This document shows positions 38,547 through 47,399 of a DNA stretch of 64,000 bases, piece after piece (the first letter of the stretch is position 1; every line of letters starts with the position of its first letter). The position numbers and the translations under genes were made by a program. The DNA is from an uncultured Candidatus Saccharibacteria bacterium (GTDB lineage: Bacteria; Patescibacteriota; Saccharimonadia; Saccharimonadales; Saccharimonadaceae), in contig CAZRGZ010000004.1 in assembly GCA_964599775.1 (NCBI GenBank), positions 7,373 to 71,372 on the forward strand, read 5' to 3'. The notes under the pieces are model-generated. The model worked only from the letters and a program-made list of their open reading frames with translations, was not told the DNA's origin and ran no database searches.

Positions 38547-39101
38547 TTAATTTCGTTTAATAAGCAAGTTCCTCATTTTTAAACTATAAAAAGTAAGTGC
38601 AAAGAAGATTATTGGGCCATGGCCTATTATGAATATCTGACTTTGGCGTATACCCATTAGTCGTCTTCTTAAAGTAGGAATTTTTTCATCATATAGGCCA
38701 TATATACAAACAATCCGTTGTTTCTGTTCTGGCTCTAATCGGTTTAATATCATTTCTGCATTTTGCTGTGAAGTAAATAAGTCGTCATTGTTAAGATGTG
38801 GCACAGCCGAGTAGGGTGTGGCGATAGTTGCGATACCCTGAACCTTTTCCGGCCTTTTGTAAAGTGCGGTAATTGCAGCTGTGCCCCCGGCACTCACGCC
38901 AATAACGTAAATCGGGGCAGGTGTATTATCGATTACTGCTAATAACCGCTCGAGTTTTGCTTCGTAGGTTAGTTGATTATTCCAACCGAATACAAAAATC
39001 TCTACATCAAAACCAAGCAAATGCCATAGAAATTTATTCCAAGTATACAGCCAACCCCTATCACCAAGGCCAGGAATAATGATGAGTTTTGGCCGTTTCA
39101 T
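38547..39101 (-). CDS. Alpha/beta hydrolase (lipase/esterase-like)
   Basis: IIIPGLGD and nucleophile elbow GVSAGG. Confidence 0.65.
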   Translation of the reverse strand: MKRPKLIIIPGLGDRGWLYTWNKFLWHLLGFDVEIFVFGWNNQLTYEAKLERLLAVIDNTPAPIYVIGVSAGGTAAITALYKRPEKVQGIATIATPYSAVPHLNNDDLFTSQQNAEMILNRLEPEQKQRIVCIYGLYDEKIPTLRRRLMGIRQSQIFIIGHGPIIFFALTFYSLKMRNLLIKRN

Positions 39102-39168
39102 AGGTTAATAATATCATGTTTATTGATAGATATTGTGTTTTAAGCCAACTTATATTATAGTGACAGCC

Positions 39169-40008
39169 ATGCCAGATGTAGAGCGTAGGCGAGGCACTTT
39201 TAACCAACTAAAGGACACGGGTATTTTTGATGATGTAAAACGTCGGGTGGGTGAAATCGGAGTCGCCGCAGCAGTGCGCGAAGAGCTAGAGAAGGCAGGT
39301 GTCACTATAAATGTTAGAAACGAGTCCGAGGAATGGGAGACCACTTCGCAACCAGCAATTGCTGTTGGTGATCATAGTAAAGGGCTAGAATGCCTCTTGC
39401 TCGTGGGTGCATGTGGTATGACAGGCAGAAACGACCTTGGACTAACGGCAAAACCGTATGCACCCACAGGCCAATTTATTAATGCTATATCTGAGCCGGG
39501 TGAAAATCTTCTGCCTCTTATTCCTACGAGTGTGGCGATTGATCGAAAAGATGGCGACTTTCGTTCAAAAGTACATCGACGTGCCTTCGGGCGGTATTTG
39601 CTTACCAAGGAAGAAACACGAGCTTTCAATAAAGATACCATGCAGCGTGCCGTATCTATGATTGAGGACGAGGGCCGGCTTGTCAGTATTTTCCCTACCG
39701 GTGGCGTATATGATGCTGCAAAGTCGCCATGGCGTAATGGTGTGGGACACATGGCTGCTGATCTCTCAAAAGATACATTCGAGGAAACGGCTGTATTGCC
39801 TTTCAAATTTGAAGGGATTAGACCAAGCCGCATATTATTAGCTATGGTGCGTAGTCGGCTAGGACTGGGTGCGAAACCGCAACATCTTGATATCGTGCTT
39901 GGAAAAGCAGAGACGCTTGGCTCGATATTCCATAGAGATGACGATCGATCACCAGCAAACATCACTCAGGTATTACAGGAAAGATACCAAAAAGAATTTG
40001 CTGAGTAA
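39169..40008 (+). CDS. Acyltransferase-like protein (lysophospholipid acyltransferase fold, tentative)
   Basis: GDHSKGLE (HxxxxD/E-like) and IFPTGG (FPEG-like) motifs. Start trimmed to MPDVERRRG. Confidence 0.4.
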   Translation: MPDVERRRGTFNQLKDTGIFDDVKRRVGEIGVAAAVREELEKAGVTINVRNESEEWETTSQPAIAVGDHSKGLECLLLVGACGMTGRNDLGLTAKPYAPTGQFINAISEPGENLLPLIPTSVAIDRKDGDFRSKVHRRAFGRYLLTKEETRAFNKDTMQRAVSMIEDEGRLVSIFPTGGVYDAAKSPWRNGVGHMAADLSKDTFEETAVLPFKFEGIRPSRILLAMVRSRLGLGAKPQHLDIVLGKAETLGSIFHRDDDRSPANITQVLQERYQKEFAE

Positions 40009-41103
40009 TTATGCTGCTTCTTGTAAATCTTCCGTGTACCAACGCTTGAGCTGGTCAACCATAGATTCATTACGGGTTGCAACAGCAATCTCTGCATTGC
40101 CGCCGGCAATGCCGCTCGAGTTAAAATTAGACGAGCCAAATATACCCATGTCATCGATGATGAGCATTTTAGTATGATTAAGGCGGCGATAGGTTTTACC
40201 ATAAAAACACACGTCTATACCGGCCGCCTCTAACTGCCGCCGGTTCGTTAGTGATTTCATGCGGTCCACAGGGTAGTTATTATATCGTGGTAATATAACA
40301 CGCACATCAAGTTCGGGGTTATTATTCTTAGCTTCAGCCAGCGCTGACCCCATATGCTTCATATCTAAATAAGGTGTCTCTAGCCATATCATATCTCTTG
40401 CTTGCCTAATAGCAGACAAGCTAAAGTCCATAATTTGTTCTTCATGTCCTGAATCGGTAAGTAAATAGGTATCTGCCTCTTGATCGGGTAAAAATTTTGC
40501 CGCACGATTCTCGCCATTCCAGCTATCTTCAAAGTCTTGTTGCACTAGCTCTGAGATTGACCCGCGCATGCGCACCATAAAATCGTTCCACCTAAAACTC
40601 CGAGCTGCAAGATTAACACCCCCTATGTATGTGTAGCCTTCAGGCGATTGCGCGTCGATGGCTACAAGCTTCTTATGATCGCGTGTCGCGATATTAGCAA
40701 GCCCTTCGGCGACGCGCACTCTTTTAAGGTTAGCGCATGCTAGCTGTTCAATCTCGCGGTTCATTTTGAGAGTAGGCCAAAGTCTGCGCGGGTCACTTAC
40801 GAGGTGATCTACCAAAAACCTTACCTCAACCCCGCGAGAAGCCGCATCAAGACTTGCCTCTACTACCTTTTTTGTGACATTGTCAGCTTCGAGAGTATAA
40901 AACTGAAGATCGACTGTTTCTTCTGCTTCTTGAATGCGCTCTACGAGCTCCTCGACAAATAAATGGGCTGTAGGAATAATCTCGAATTGATTCGTTTGCG
41001 AAGCATTGCGAGGCATTTTTGAATCATACGGAAAGAACGAAGGATGAAGAGCCTCATACATATCCGTCGATACTTGCCGCGATGGCCGACTTTGTTCTGA
41101 CAT
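40009..41103 (-). CDS. Phospholipase D family protein, cardiolipin synthase-like
   Basis: Two HKD motifs (DHKKLVAID...GGVNL, NHTKMLIIDDMGIFGSSNFNSSG) and the Cls-like W-N-D...F-E-D-S-W pattern. Confidence 0.8.
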   Translation of the reverse strand: MSEQSRPSRQVSTDMYEALHPSFFPYDSKMPRNASQTNQFEIIPTAHLFVEELVERIQEAEETVDLQFYTLEADNVTKKVVEASLDAASRGVEVRFLVDHLVSDPRRLWPTLKMNREIEQLACANLKRVRVAEGLANIATRDHKKLVAIDAQSPEGYTYIGGVNLAARSFRWNDFMVRMRGSISELVQQDFEDSWNGENRAAKFLPDQEADTYLLTDSGHEEQIMDFSLSAIRQARDMIWLETPYLDMKHMGSALAEAKNNNPELDVRVILPRYNNYPVDRMKSLTNRRQLEAAGIDVCFYGKTYRRLNHTKMLIIDDMGIFGSSNFNSSGIAGGNAEIAVATRNESMVDQLKRWYTEDLQEAA

Positions 41104-41177
41104 TTTTATAACAATATCATGAAATGGTGGATGAGTCTATATTGCTTTCGGATATGTAGTGTGTATTTATGTCAAAT

Positions 41178-42146
41178 TCATTCCGGTAGCTTTGCGCTGA
41201 ATAGATATTCGCCAATCGTATGGTCAAAAATAAATTCTCTATCTAAACTACCAATATGCAAGGAAGTGTGATTCAGCATTTCACGAATATTTTGATGTGT
41301 TACGATAGACTGCCATTGTGTCTTGCCTGCGATGCAAGACGTTGCACGGAACAAAGTATCCATGATTAAGTCACTTCTCGGTAAGGTAAGCATGTCATTA
41401 TTTATATACGATTGTAAGCTTTTAATGAATGCTGGTGTATTGATACTTGTGAGCCCTTTTTCTATGTGATCCGCCATTTCTTCATAAGCAACATCCTTAA
41501 AGGATGAATATTCCATGAGGCGTACTATATATTCTTTTTCGTAAGTATCTTTAAAATCAATTTTGCAAGGGAACTTTTCTTGTATGGTATGTACTATTTG
41601 CATAAATAATGGCTCAATAACGAGGCGGAAGAGTAACGGGGCATGTGTAGTGCTAGTAAGATATGGGCCTTTTAGCCTGGCGAGGATGAAGTTTTTATTT
41701 AAGTTCAGATCACCAATTTCTCTAATGAGTTGATTATCTATTCTCGAATTCCTTGGGGCACTATAAAATGGGAAGTCTTCAAAGTCATTCCAACCTTCGC
41801 GCGCAAGCTCCATGAGCTTTTTCTCGATAGTCTCTAAGTCGTAGATGAAATCCTTACGGCTCTCATTCCTTATTTTATCTATACCACGCTGTATAGAGTT
41901 ATGATTAATATTTACGTCTGTTTTTAGTACATCTCTAACAATATCCTCCTGAAGTGAGCTGAAGTTTATTGTTAATACTATAACTTCGTTATTAAGTTCC
42001 TTTAAGCTATAAAGGTAGTCTATACTCGTGAACAAATCCCTTCGACGCATTTCTGTAATAATTGATTCGAGGAAGATACGACCATATAAGTAAAGAATAT
42101 TTTTACTACATCCTGTTTTTTGTTTAATAAGAATGATTCTTTTCAT
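41178..42146 (-). CDS. AT-rich orphan protein, unknown function
   Basis: 322-aa ORF, visibly more AT-rich than its neighbours, with no motif I recognise. Confidence 0.5.
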   Translation of the reverse strand: MKRIILIKQKTGCSKNILYLYGRIFLESIITEMRRRDLFTSIDYLYSLKELNNEVIVLTINFSSLQEDIVRDVLKTDVNINHNSIQRGIDKIRNESRKDFIYDLETIEKKLMELAREGWNDFEDFPFYSAPRNSRIDNQLIREIGDLNLNKNFILARLKGPYLTSTTHAPLLFRLVIEPLFMQIVHTIQEKFPCKIDFKDTYEKEYIVRLMEYSSFKDVAYEEMADHIEKGLTSINTPAFIKSLQSYINNDMLTLPRSDLIMDTLFRATSCIAGKTQWQSIVTHQNIREMLNHTSLHIGSLDREFIFDHTIGEYLFSAKLPE

Positions 42147-42183
42147 GGGTTTATTCTAGTATAACTTTCGCTTAGGGTAGTGA

Positions 42184-42216
42184 CCCCTGCTTCCGCACTG
42201 GGTACGGAAGCAGGGG
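42184..42216 (-). terminator. GC-rich hairpin after islet D
   Basis: CCCCTGCTTCCG-9 nt-CGGAAGCAGGGG, 12-bp perfect stem. Confidence 0.75.
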
Positions 42217-42240
42217 TGTGAGGTGTCGACGAACTGTCGC

Positions 42241-42450
42241 CTACACGCTCTGGTTGGTGCCGGTCTCAGACGCGGCCTTGTCGGCGCCCCCCTGCTCGAC
42301 AGCGTCGCGCGCGGCGCTTGCCTGGCCGAGGGACTGACCGATCTCCTGGCCCATGTCGGCCAGCTGACCATCATTGAGTATGCCACCCGCCATGCTGGCG
42401 GCGGCACCGGCTCCGAGGAGGGCGTTCTCCGCCGTCTCCTTGATACCCAT
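42241..42450 (-). CDS. High-GC islet D: small Gly/Ala-rich protein
   Basis: MGIKETAENALLGAGAAASMAGG... 69 aa. GGGGGTGAAGG SD. GC-rich codons. Confidence 0.55.
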   Translation of the reverse strand: MGIKETAENALLGAGAAASMAGGILNDGQLADMGQEIGQSLGQASAARDAVEQGGADKAASETGTNQSV

Positions 42451-42564
42451 ATCCTTCACCCCCTTTCGGGAGGACGGTCTCTCCAAAGCCTCATAAGGAA
42501 AGATGGGTGGCTATGGTAGGCTTTCCCATAGAAGCCAAGCATACCGCTGGGTTCGGCTTCAATT

Positions 42565-42589
42565 TATCGAAGGTTGCCTCTATTGTCAA
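42565..42589 (-). promoter_or_regulatory. Promoter-like element of islet D with conserved spacer
   Basis: Minus strand reads TTGACA-ATAGAGGCAACCTTCGA-TAAATT. It shares TTGAC....GAGGCAACCT..GATA with the islet E upstream region. Confidence 0.55.
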
Positions 42590-42628
42590 TTAGTTTATAG
42601 ACATATGTAGTATGTATATAAACAGTTG

Positions 42629-42868
42629 TTACGGAGTAAACATATGAAGAAAACTGCCTATCAATTGCAAGACAGTCTTGCTTAACGAGATAAGGAAACC
42701 ACCGATTATAAGCCCAAGGCTTACAGCCCACAATATATCGGCGGAATTATAAAACGGAATAATAAAGCTAATGAGACAGAAGCCAATAACTATCATTAAT
42801 ACGCCAATAACTATTCGTAGTCGTTGCAGTTTTGTAGTTGCGGTGTTAACTTTCATGGGTAGTATCAT
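42629..42868 (-). CDS. Small two-helix membrane protein
   Basis: AT-rich ORF trimmed to MILPMKVNTATTK. Two hydrophobic helices. Confidence 0.45.
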   Translation of the reverse strand: MILPMKVNTATTKLQRLRIVIGVLMIVIGFCLISFIIPFYNSADILWAVSLGLIIGGFLISLSKTVLQLIGSFLHMFTP

Positions 42869-42942
42869 CTTTACCTTATATTGTACCGAGTCGAGCGCGC
42901 GGTGTAAATAAAGCGCAACACCCCCCACGTACGGTTGTGGAG

Positions 42943-43293
42943 TCAGCACCTCCTACCGTAGAGGCCCTGGGCCTCCCACGGGATAGCGCTGAGGACGAAC
43001 GACACACATCTGTCCTCGTTGGCGTACTGGACGACGAACCATCGGTGAGCCATCATCACCAAGGCGAAGGCCGCCTGTGTAAGGCCCGTGACACCGTAGA
43101 CGTTGCCAGGGATGTTGGGCAGGATGTTGTGGTAAGCCCAGTCACGGGTCTCCTTCTTGCTGAGATGGAGGGCACATCGATGACCCTCGCATCTGATGTC
43201 GGCAGCCTCCGAAGCAGGCGCATGGGTGATGCCAATTCCCGCCAATAGAGCGATCAGAAGCCCGATCGCGGCGAGACGTCGAACGATTGACAC
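42943..43293 (-). CDS. High-GC islet E: small secreted 4-Cys protein
   Basis: Signal peptide MSIVRRLAAIGLLIALLAGIGITHAPASEA. GTG start with a GGAAGGGAAGAG SD. The mature ~86 aa carry 4 Cys. Confidence 0.6.
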   Translation of the reverse strand: MSIVRRLAAIGLLIALLAGIGITHAPASEAADIRCEGHRCALHLSKKETRDWAYHNILPNIPGNVYGVTGLTQAAFALVMMAHRWFVVQYANEDRCVSFVLSAIPWEAQGLYGRRC

Positions 43294-43341
43294 CGCTCTT
43301 CCCTTCCGTGTGGATGGTCTAGGTTAAGACCATCGTCAGGC

Positions 43342-43366
43342 TATCCTAGGTTGCCTCAGACGTCAA
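43342..43366 (-). promoter_or_regulatory. Promoter-like element of islet E with conserved spacer
   Basis: Minus strand reads TTGACG-TCTGAGGCAACCTAGGA-TAGCCT. It has the same GAGGCAACCT 10-mer as upstream of islet D. Confidence 0.5.
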
Positions 43367-43589
43367 ACATCTACTTATACGCTATGTATATGATACACGA
43401 AGCAGCTACCCCATGCGATGTGTATTTTCAAGGGTTTATTTATTTTGGGGGAGGGGATATAATGGTATTATTGGGAGTAGGACTTAAGACTTCCCTAAAC
43501 TAAGTAGTGGCTCAATTACAGTTTAATGTAGTAGAGGATATACGTATGGTTCGTTTAGATGGCGATAGCGATTAATTAGAATAAATTTT

Positions 43590-43608
43590 AACCACCTTCC
43601 CGGTGGTT
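43590..43608 (-). terminator. Hairpin after the HTH-methyltransferase gene
   Basis: AACCACC-TTCCC-GGTGGTT flanked by A/T runs. Confidence 0.6.
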
Positions 43609-44799
43609 TTATTTTAGGTCGGCAATTAAAATCGCTCCTTCATGATTTAATCGTTGCGCGTATAGGAGAGGGTTAAAACCATTTTTGTAGAATAAATCTT
43701 TCGGTGAACCAAAAGTACTATTAAAGTGAGCTCGTGCAGTTAGAACTGCTTCATCTTTATTAAGATTAACTATCCAGGTACCTTTTGATAGCTTGAATTC
43801 AATCGTTAGTGCATATTTAGGACGTATTCGTGCATATCGAATTCTTGCTTCCTCATCAAATCCAACTTCTACATTGTACAGGGATTCTTTAATTCCCATC
43901 ATATCGAGAACAAGCTTACACTGTTTTTGATAACTATATAGGAAACTCACCTGATTCTTTACGGCTGGTGCATCTAACCTGAAACTACAGATATAAAGAT
44001 CTTCCGGATTCATACTTCTACTTATCGTTCTTAGAATATCTTCAGGATGTCTGAAATTAGAAATATAGCCACCGAGTGAGAGAACGATGTTAATTGTTTT
44101 TTGATGATAATCTTGTTCATCGATAGGCTCTGCGATGATATCACTGAATAATTCATGACTAATATCTTTTATGTGGGTTTCTACTTTAACCTCATTATTA
44201 AACCACTGACTGATATTTCGTGTAGTGATATCGATCATAGCTTGACTAATGTCTATTCCAATGTAGCGGTTAAGCTTTCCCGCCTTATGAAGTTGTTCGA
44301 TTAGTGGTCGTGCTGCTGCACCGGTTCCTACACCTAGATCAACTATATTGATGGCATCATATTGTTCAATCGCATGGGTGATATAACTGCTAACTGCTTT
44401 GAGCAGTGTTTCAGGGTCCATATGTCTTTCCGGCTGAGTTCGAAAAACCTCCCACATTTTTGCGCCTTCACCAAAATATGAGTATTGGAGTGGTAATTCA
44501 CGATATGAATTAAGGCTTTTAATGATATCGTGAATTTGTGTTTCGTTATATTGCTGGTAAAACTCTGGCGAAGGAGTCAGAACTTTACGGCTTTGCTGGT
44601 TTAGGTATTTGCGGCGTTCACTCACAATACTTTCAAGTCGTTGTTGATTAAATCGAGACTTGATAATGTAGAATTCGTCCTTATCTTGATCAAGCTCTAA
44701 ATCAAGCTTCCCCTCCCGAGTTTGCTTAATCCAATTCGTCACCGTCCTACGGCTGACACCGTATAGATCTGCTAGTTCCTGGCTTTTGTAATAATGCAT
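43609..44799 (-). CDS. HTH domain fused to an EgtD-like (Methyltransf_33) SAM-dependent methyltransferase
   Basis: N-terminus QELADLYGVSRRTVTNWIKQ (MerR/excisionase-type HTH). Followed by YFGEGAKMWEVF, IVDLGVGTGAAARPLIEQL, YIGIDISQAMIDIT and the extended C-terminal domain typical of histidine-N-alpha-methyltransferase-like enzymes. Confidence 0.65.
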   Translation of the reverse strand: MHYYKSQELADLYGVSRRTVTNWIKQTREGKLDLELDQDKDEFYIIKSRFNQQRLESIVSERRKYLNQQSRKVLTPSPEFYQQYNETQIHDIIKSLNSYRELPLQYSYFGEGAKMWEVFRTQPERHMDPETLLKAVSSYITHAIEQYDAINIVDLGVGTGAAARPLIEQLHKAGKLNRYIGIDISQAMIDITTRNISQWFNNEVKVETHIKDISHELFSDIIAEPIDEQDYHQKTINIVLSLGGYISNFRHPEDILRTISRSMNPEDLYICSFRLDAPAVKNQVSFLYSYQKQCKLVLDMMGIKESLYNVEVGFDEEARIRYARIRPKYALTIEFKLSKGTWIVNLNKDEAVLTARAHFNSTFGSPKDLFYKNGFNPLLYAQRLNHEGAILIADLK

Positions 44800-44841
44800 A
44801 TCAGTTAATTATATAAAATCGCTAAAAAATGAAAAATAGTG

Positions 44842-44871
44842 TTGACATGTTTCCCCAGTTTGGGTTATGAT
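44842..44871 (+). promoter_or_regulatory. Sigma-70-like promoter of the 45048..46051 operon
   Basis: TTGACA, 18-nt spacer, TATGAT, about 175 nt upstream of the first ATG. The leader contains three hairpins. Confidence 0.6.
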
Positions 44872-45047
44872 CCGGGCAGGTAATGTTGCCCGCGTATTTA
44901 GAAACATATTTACTGTACCACGTATCTATGTTTCTCGCAAATTCTTGCGCTTTTACTTACTTTACTTGGGTAACCTACTAACATTAGATAAGCGGGGATA
45001 TATGTTAGGGCTTCCTAGCGGCAACCCCAGGAGGGAATTATAGAAGA

Positions 45048-45347
45048 ATGCAGTATGCATTGAACGCAAAAATAAATAATCCGACTGCTAAAAAAACCAA
45101 CGTGATAGATACCTTTACACTTGGCCCTGGCCAAAGCACAAAGGTGCCGCTTGGTGTGTTCGAGGCGCATATGCCTCAGCCGGTATTTGAGATTGAATAC
45201 GAGCCTAAGGCAGAGGCTGGCGATGGCGTCGCTGCTGCACTGGAGCGGGTAGATAAGGGCGATGAATATTGGCTGGTGTACTTTTTCCAGAATTTTAGCG
45301 ATGACACCTTTCATATTAGTGTGAAAGAAAGGTATACCGAAATTTAA
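45048..45347 (+). CDS. Hypothetical protein (operon gene 1)
   Basis: 99 aa, AGGAGGGA SD, no recognised family. Confidence 0.55.
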   Translation: MQYALNAKINNPTAKKTNVIDTFTLGPGQSTKVPLGVFEAHMPQPVFEIEYEPKAEAGDGVAAALERVDKGDEYWLVYFFQNFSDDTFHISVKERYTEI

Positions 45348-45384
45348 AGGTTTCCCGTATAATAGGTAACATGAGGTATAAACG

Positions 45385-45624
45385 ATGAAGGACGATTTGG
45401 CAGTAACGTGTATCATCTGCCAGCAGAATGTGCCTTTTACTGACGCCACTGCTGGCGCCTTGTATGCTGACGGCCGACAAGCATTTGCCTGCCTAGAACA
45501 CACCTGGAACAAAGCGTCCTGGCTACTTGCCTGGGCGCGTTTTTCTATAGAGCAGCAGGAATACAGCATGCAAGAAAAGGACAAGGAAGTATATAGGAAG
45601 AACGAACGTGTCGTATCTTGTTGA
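45385..45624 (+). CDS. Hypothetical Cys-containing protein (operon gene 2)
   Basis: 79 aa, GAGGT SD, CIIC...ACLEH possibly metal-binding. Confidence 0.5.
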   Translation: MKDDLAVTCIICQQNVPFTDATAGALYADGRQAFACLEHTWNKASWLLAWARFSIEQQEYSMQEKDKEVYRKNERVVSC

Positions 45625-46051
45625 AGAGCGTTTATTACCCACCAAGGCAGCAGTATCGGCGGATATTGCCCGCCATTTACAGCTGCGCCAACAAGTGGGC
45701 CGAGCCGTCGTGGTTGCGCCACGTTCCAGTATAGTGCTATCGACGGTACGCCGCCAGTGGATGAAGCTCGTGCAAGCCCTGCAGCGCGAAAATGCGCGTA
45801 CTCTAGATGGGGCCTTAAGGGCTGAGCTTTCCCGGCAGCTGTCCACTATGGAAAGCCTTCGTTTTGTATCGCAGCCACCTGAGCGTCAGCCCGATGCTGA
45901 TATTTACTTTCTGGAAGAAGAAGATTTCACGGTATTACCCGAAAACTGCCGCACAGTGTATTTTTGTACACAAATAAACCAGCTTGAAAAGCTACAGCGA
46001 TATATCACACAAGATTGTGTGGTGGTGAAGTATATTACCAAGAGCGATTAA
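45608..46051 (+). CDS. Hypothetical protein (operon gene 3)
   Basis: 147 aa. GTG start overlapping gene 2 by 17 nt, with GGAAG upstream. Confidence 0.5.
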   Translation: MSYLVEERLLPTKAAVSADIARHLQLRQQVGRAVVVAPRSSIVLSTVRRQWMKLVQALQRENARTLDGALRAELSRQLSTMESLRFVSQPPERQPDADIYFLEEEDFTVLPENCRTVYFCTQINQLEKLQRYITQDCVVVKYITKSD

Positions 46052-46054
46052 AAG

Positions 46055-46426
46055 CTATTCTTTTGCCAGCACTTCTTTGACTCGTTCTACCACTTGGCGT
46101 GGCGTGTAGTCTGCTTTTACGATGTAGCTGTCGATGCCGAGCGACTTTAAATCATCGGGAGCTTCTTCGGCGCCAAGATTAGTAAGTACAATCACTGGGA
46201 TGTCCTTGCCCCACTCCTGTTTACGAATTTCACGTAGCGCCTCGGCGCCATCCATGATGGGCATATGTAAATCCAGCAGAATAAGGTCGGGCTTGATATC
46301 TTCAACCATCGCCACCCCAAGTTTACCGTTCTCTGCCCACTGAACGTCGTACCCCTCGGCGGTTAGCTTCATAATGTACATTTGGCTAATAACTTGGTCG
46401 TCTTCGATGATTGCTATTCTTAACAT
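46055..46426 (-). CDS. Stand-alone response-regulator receiver protein (CheY-like)
   Basis: IIEDD, phospho-acceptor region LILLDLHMPIMDG, VIVLTNLG. No output domain. Confidence 0.9.
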   Translation of the reverse strand: MLRIAIIEDDQVISQMYIMKLTAEGYDVQWAENGKLGVAMVEDIKPDLILLDLHMPIMDGAEALREIRKQEWGKDIPVIVLTNLGAEEAPDDLKSLGIDSYIVKADYTPRQVVERVKEVLAKE

Positions 46427-46580
46427 ATTTTTATGATACCCCAGCCTTAGGCTTTAGTGCAATGTCATTATACTACTTACTATACATTTTACATTGCCAA
46501 TACTATATACACATGGTATGGTCATTTTCTTTTTTTGAAATAATTATATAATAAGTATAGAGCGGTAGAAGGAGATTATC

Positions 46581-47399
46581 ATGCTGAATTTTGAGGGTCT
46601 GCCAAAATCAAGAGCGGATTTTGAAAAGATAACTTCACGGCGTTCGCGTTATGAAGAGAAGTATGGTGACATGCTTGCTAACCGTACGATTGAAGTACAG
46701 CGCACCAGACCCAGTGGAGAACAGTGGGATGGGATAGGCAAATTAAGAGGCCGCGTGTATGTCCATGAGAATGGTTACCTTCCGGAATCGGTGTTGGATA
46801 ATAAGGGGAGAGAATATGACGAATATGACGAATATGACGATACTGTGCATATTTGTGCCTCCAATGAGCAAGGTGATGTAGTTGGCTACGTAAGGATCTT
46901 GACTAAAGGTGATGGAACCCGGCTGTTGCCAGCAGAAAAGGTGTTTGAGCAGCAGATTGATGAAATGAACATACCTATCTTTGATAACGTCACTGAGGTA
47001 TCACGTTTGATTTCTGCAGGGGAAGGGCTTGAGTCCCCCTTGATTACCGCTTCTCTCATTCGTGCAGCGGCACATGAACTCGGGCGAAGAGATAAAAACT
47101 ATTCGGCAACAACTCTAGCGGTCGTTGAGCCATTTTTAGAACGATACCTAAAAGATATAATTGGTGTTCCGGTAAGCGAGCTGATTCCAGTTACGCCCAC
47201 TCCTGAATATGGAGGATCAAATAATAAGCTCGTCGCTATTTGGCCAACCGGCATTGTAGAGCGAGCTTCAGAGCTCGACGAAGAGGGGAGAAGGTTGGTT
47301 GTTTTGCCGGATAGGATGGGTCCATTTTTCGATTCTATGCGAGAAAGCCATGGCTTAGGGAAAGTTGCATTAAATTTATCCAATGATTTAAAAAGGTAA
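46581..47399 (+). CDS. GNAT-fold acyltransferase resembling autoinducer / N-acyl amino acid synthases (LuxI/FeeM-like)
   Basis: LRGRVYVHENGYLPE, acidic EYDEYDEYDD, VVGYVRIL, EVSRLIS. GGAGATTATC SD. Confidence 0.5.
   Translation: MLNFEGLPKSRADFEKITSRRSRYEEKYGDMLANRTIEVQRTRPSGEQWDGIGKLRGRVYVHENGYLPESVLDNKGREYDEYDEYDDTVHICASNEQGDVVGYVRILTKGDGTRLLPAEKVFEQQIDEMNIPIFDNVTEVSRLISAGEGLESPLITASLIRAAAHELGRRDKNYSATTLAVVEPFLERYLKDIIGVPVSELIPVTPTPEYGGSNNKLVAIWPTGIVERASELDEEGRRLVVLPDRMGPFFDSMRESHGLGKVALNLSNDLKR

Noticed and set aside
40009-41103. The PLD-family protein as a defence nuclease paired with the upstream orphan gene.
   Set aside because: Its two HKD motifs are embedded in the cardiolipin-synthase-like pattern (GGVNL...W.D...F.DSW) and it neighbours other lipid enzymes. 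Nothing in the sequence points to a nuclease or defence role.
45015-45722. 235-aa minus-strand ORF covering the three-gene plus-strand operon.
   Set aside because: It has no SD and an odd Cys/Ser/Leu-rich composition. It overlaps three compact plus-strand ORFs that each have an SD and follow a good promoter, so it was treated as spurious. A homology search could overturn this.
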